A stretch of DNA of 17,467 bases from a virus (taxonomy: Duplodnaviria; Heunggongvirae; Uroviricota; Caudoviricetes). Each line of letters begins with the position of its first letter. Position 1 is the first letter of the stretch. Shown in pieces: positions 16,442 through 17,467 of the stretch. Under the pieces are notes generated by a model. The model worked only from the letters and a program-made list of their open reading frames with translations, had not been told where the DNA came from and ran no database searches. The stretch is taken from IMG/VR virus record IMGVR_UViG_2585427741_000008; one strand, 5' to 3'. The position numbers and the translations under genes were made by a program.

Positions 16442-17379
16442 CCCCTGAATCCTGCCGGGATCTGGCTGTAGTCCACGTTGTCGTAACTGGCTTTGAAGTA
16501 CGGGTCTTCGCGTTTTTCGGTGTACGTGCTGACGGACGGCGATAAGCGCAGGGAAAGCTCATCCCATTTTTCCCGCAGCTTCGACGGGCTGAGCACGTTA
16601 CGGCACCAGAACGGATCGCGGCTGACGCGGCTGTACATCTCGCAGATTTGTTTGTGAGTACGACCATCCTGCACACACATCAGGCGAATTTCGTTTGCCC
16701 AGGCTGTCCAGTTCGGTTCTTTGGGACGAACCACCTCGCCGTCACATTCGGCAGCCTGCTCGTACAGGGCGATGATTTTTTTCCAGAACCACTGTGCGCA
16801 GGTCAAATCATCCTGCGTTCCCCACTGGCGCTTTTTAGGGCTGAATACAACCGCATCAGGATGGCGAGTTAAAAAATCCTGTTCATCCGTCTGCGTGTCC
16901 GGTTGCGAAGCGTCCGGACGAGAAGGTTTTTTATCTGACGGATCATGTTTTGATTTTACTGACGGATCCCCGCCAGATTCTGACGGGTGAAAACCCGCTT
17001 TTTTGCCAGATTTCGACGCATCAAATTTTGACGGGTCAGATTTTGATGCGTCAGATTTTGACGGGTCAGAATCTGACAGTTGAGAAAATGCCGCTGCCTG
17101 AAGCTTCGCAACGTTAAGCTGATAAACATTCGACGCATTGCGGTTACCCTGGCGACGCGCCTTACGCGTTAACCAGCCTTCTGCTTCCAGCCGTGCGATA
17201 GCCGTTCTGACGGTGCTCATCCCCGCGCCAATCTGGCGGGCAATGGTTTCAATTGATGGCCAGCACACACCTTCGTCATTACTGAAATCAGCCAGGCGGG
17301 CCATAATTGCCACGCTGGATAACTTCATGCCTGACGCAGCGCAACCATCCCATACATAGCCGGTTAATTTAGTGCTCAT
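16438..17379 (-). CDS. Replication initiation protein (O-like: N-terminal wHTH, repeat-encoded linker, C-terminal domain)
   Basis: 313-aa ORF with AGAGGT 6 nt upstream of the ATG. N-terminal HTH (LSSVAIMARLADFSNDEGVCWPSIETIARQIGAGMSTVRTAIARLEAEGWL), a low-complexity SDPSK/SDASK pentapeptide-repeat linker, and a C-terminal domain. Lies at the head of the early region upstream of RusA. Confidence 0.55.
   Translation of the reverse strand: MSTKLTGYVWDGCAASGMKLSSVAIMARLADFSNDEGVCWPSIETIARQIGAGMSTVRTAIARLEAEGWLTRKARRQGNRNASNVYQLNVAKLQAAAFSQLSDSDPSKSDASKSDPSKFDASKSGKKAGFHPSESGGDPSVKSKHDPSDKKPSRPDASQPDTQTDEQDFLTRHPDAVVFSPKKRQWGTQDDLTCAQWFWKKIIALYEQAAECDGEVVRPKEPNWTAWANEIRLMCVQDGRTHKQICEMYSRVSRDPFWCRNVLSPSKLREKWDELSLRLSPSVSTYTEKREDPYFKASYDNVDYSQIPAGFRG
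17007..17081. repeat. Five tandem 15-bp direct repeats (iteron-like), with degenerate copies upstream to about 16934
   Basis: Read directly: CAGATTTCGACGCAT, CAAATTTTGACGGGT, CAGATTTTGATGCGT, CAGATTTTGACGGGT, CAGAATCTGACAGTT (17007-17081). Related CTGACGGATC/CTGACGGGTG copies at about 16934-16990. They lie inside the replication gene and encode the pentapeptide repeats. Confidence 0.7.
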
Positions 17380-17385
17380 GACCGA

Positions 17386-17467
17386 CCTCTATTTCCCTGA
17401 ATTTACGACGAAACTGTTCGAGCGGGCTGAAGCACTCATGCTCATAGCCTTCGCGGAGGTAGATAAC
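17386..17467 (-). CDS. C-terminal end of an upstream early-region ORF (unknown function), partial
   Basis: Open minus-strand frame from the window edge to a TAG at 17386-17388 (…LSTSAKAMSMSASARSNSFVVNSGK*). Too short to assign. Confidence 0.25.

Noticed and set aside
17007-17081. Possibility that the 15-bp tandem repeats are a CRISPR array or a minisatellite
   Set aside because: The units are contiguous with no spacers, sit in frame inside a coding sequence and encode pentapeptide repeats. No cas genes are present.
15679-17359. Overlapping minus- and plus-strand ORFs in the early region (15679-16104, 15741-15938, 16002-16187, 16419-16676, 16648-16872, 16721-16990, 16956-17138, 17138-17359)
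   Set aside because: Alternative frames of the better-supported genes 15621-15980, 15947-16441 and 16438-17379. ORF 16956-17138 is just the tandem repeat read in another frame (LTRQNLTHQNLTRQNL).
1-17467. Prophage boundaries, integrase, attachment sites and tRNA integration target
   Set aside because: No integrase-like ORF, tRNA-like sequence or flanking direct repeats were recognised. The window appears to lie entirely inside the prophage, so the ends cannot be called.

Overview
This window is the late/right-hand part of a lambdoid enterobacterial prophage, with almost all phage genes on the minus strand. Reading the minus strand from high to low coordinates: replication initiator (O-like, with internal 15-bp tandem repeats), small regulators, RusA, KilA-N protein, DUF968/HNH-like protein, Q-type antiterminator, then a lambda-type lysis cassette (holin, R-like endolysin, overlapping Rz/Rz1 spanins), HNH endonuclease, putative cos region, terminase small and large subunits, portal, prohead protease, HK97-type major capsid protein and head-tail joining genes. 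Two AT-rich cargo insertions sit on the plus strand at classic moron positions. The first (10205-13039), between Q and the holin, is a translationally coupled pair: a 596-aa ABC-type ATPase with a C-terminal TOPRIM-like signature (OLD/PARIS-like architecture) followed 3 nt later by a complete C5 cytosine DNA methyltransferase. This is my best candidate for an undescribed restriction-like or defence module. The second (7710-8567), between the spanins and HNH/cos, is a stand-alone trypsin-like serine protease. All family assignments rest on motif recognition by eye and recalled family signatures; no database search or structure prediction was possible. No tRNA, rRNA, CRISPR array, integrase or attachment site was recognised in the window.
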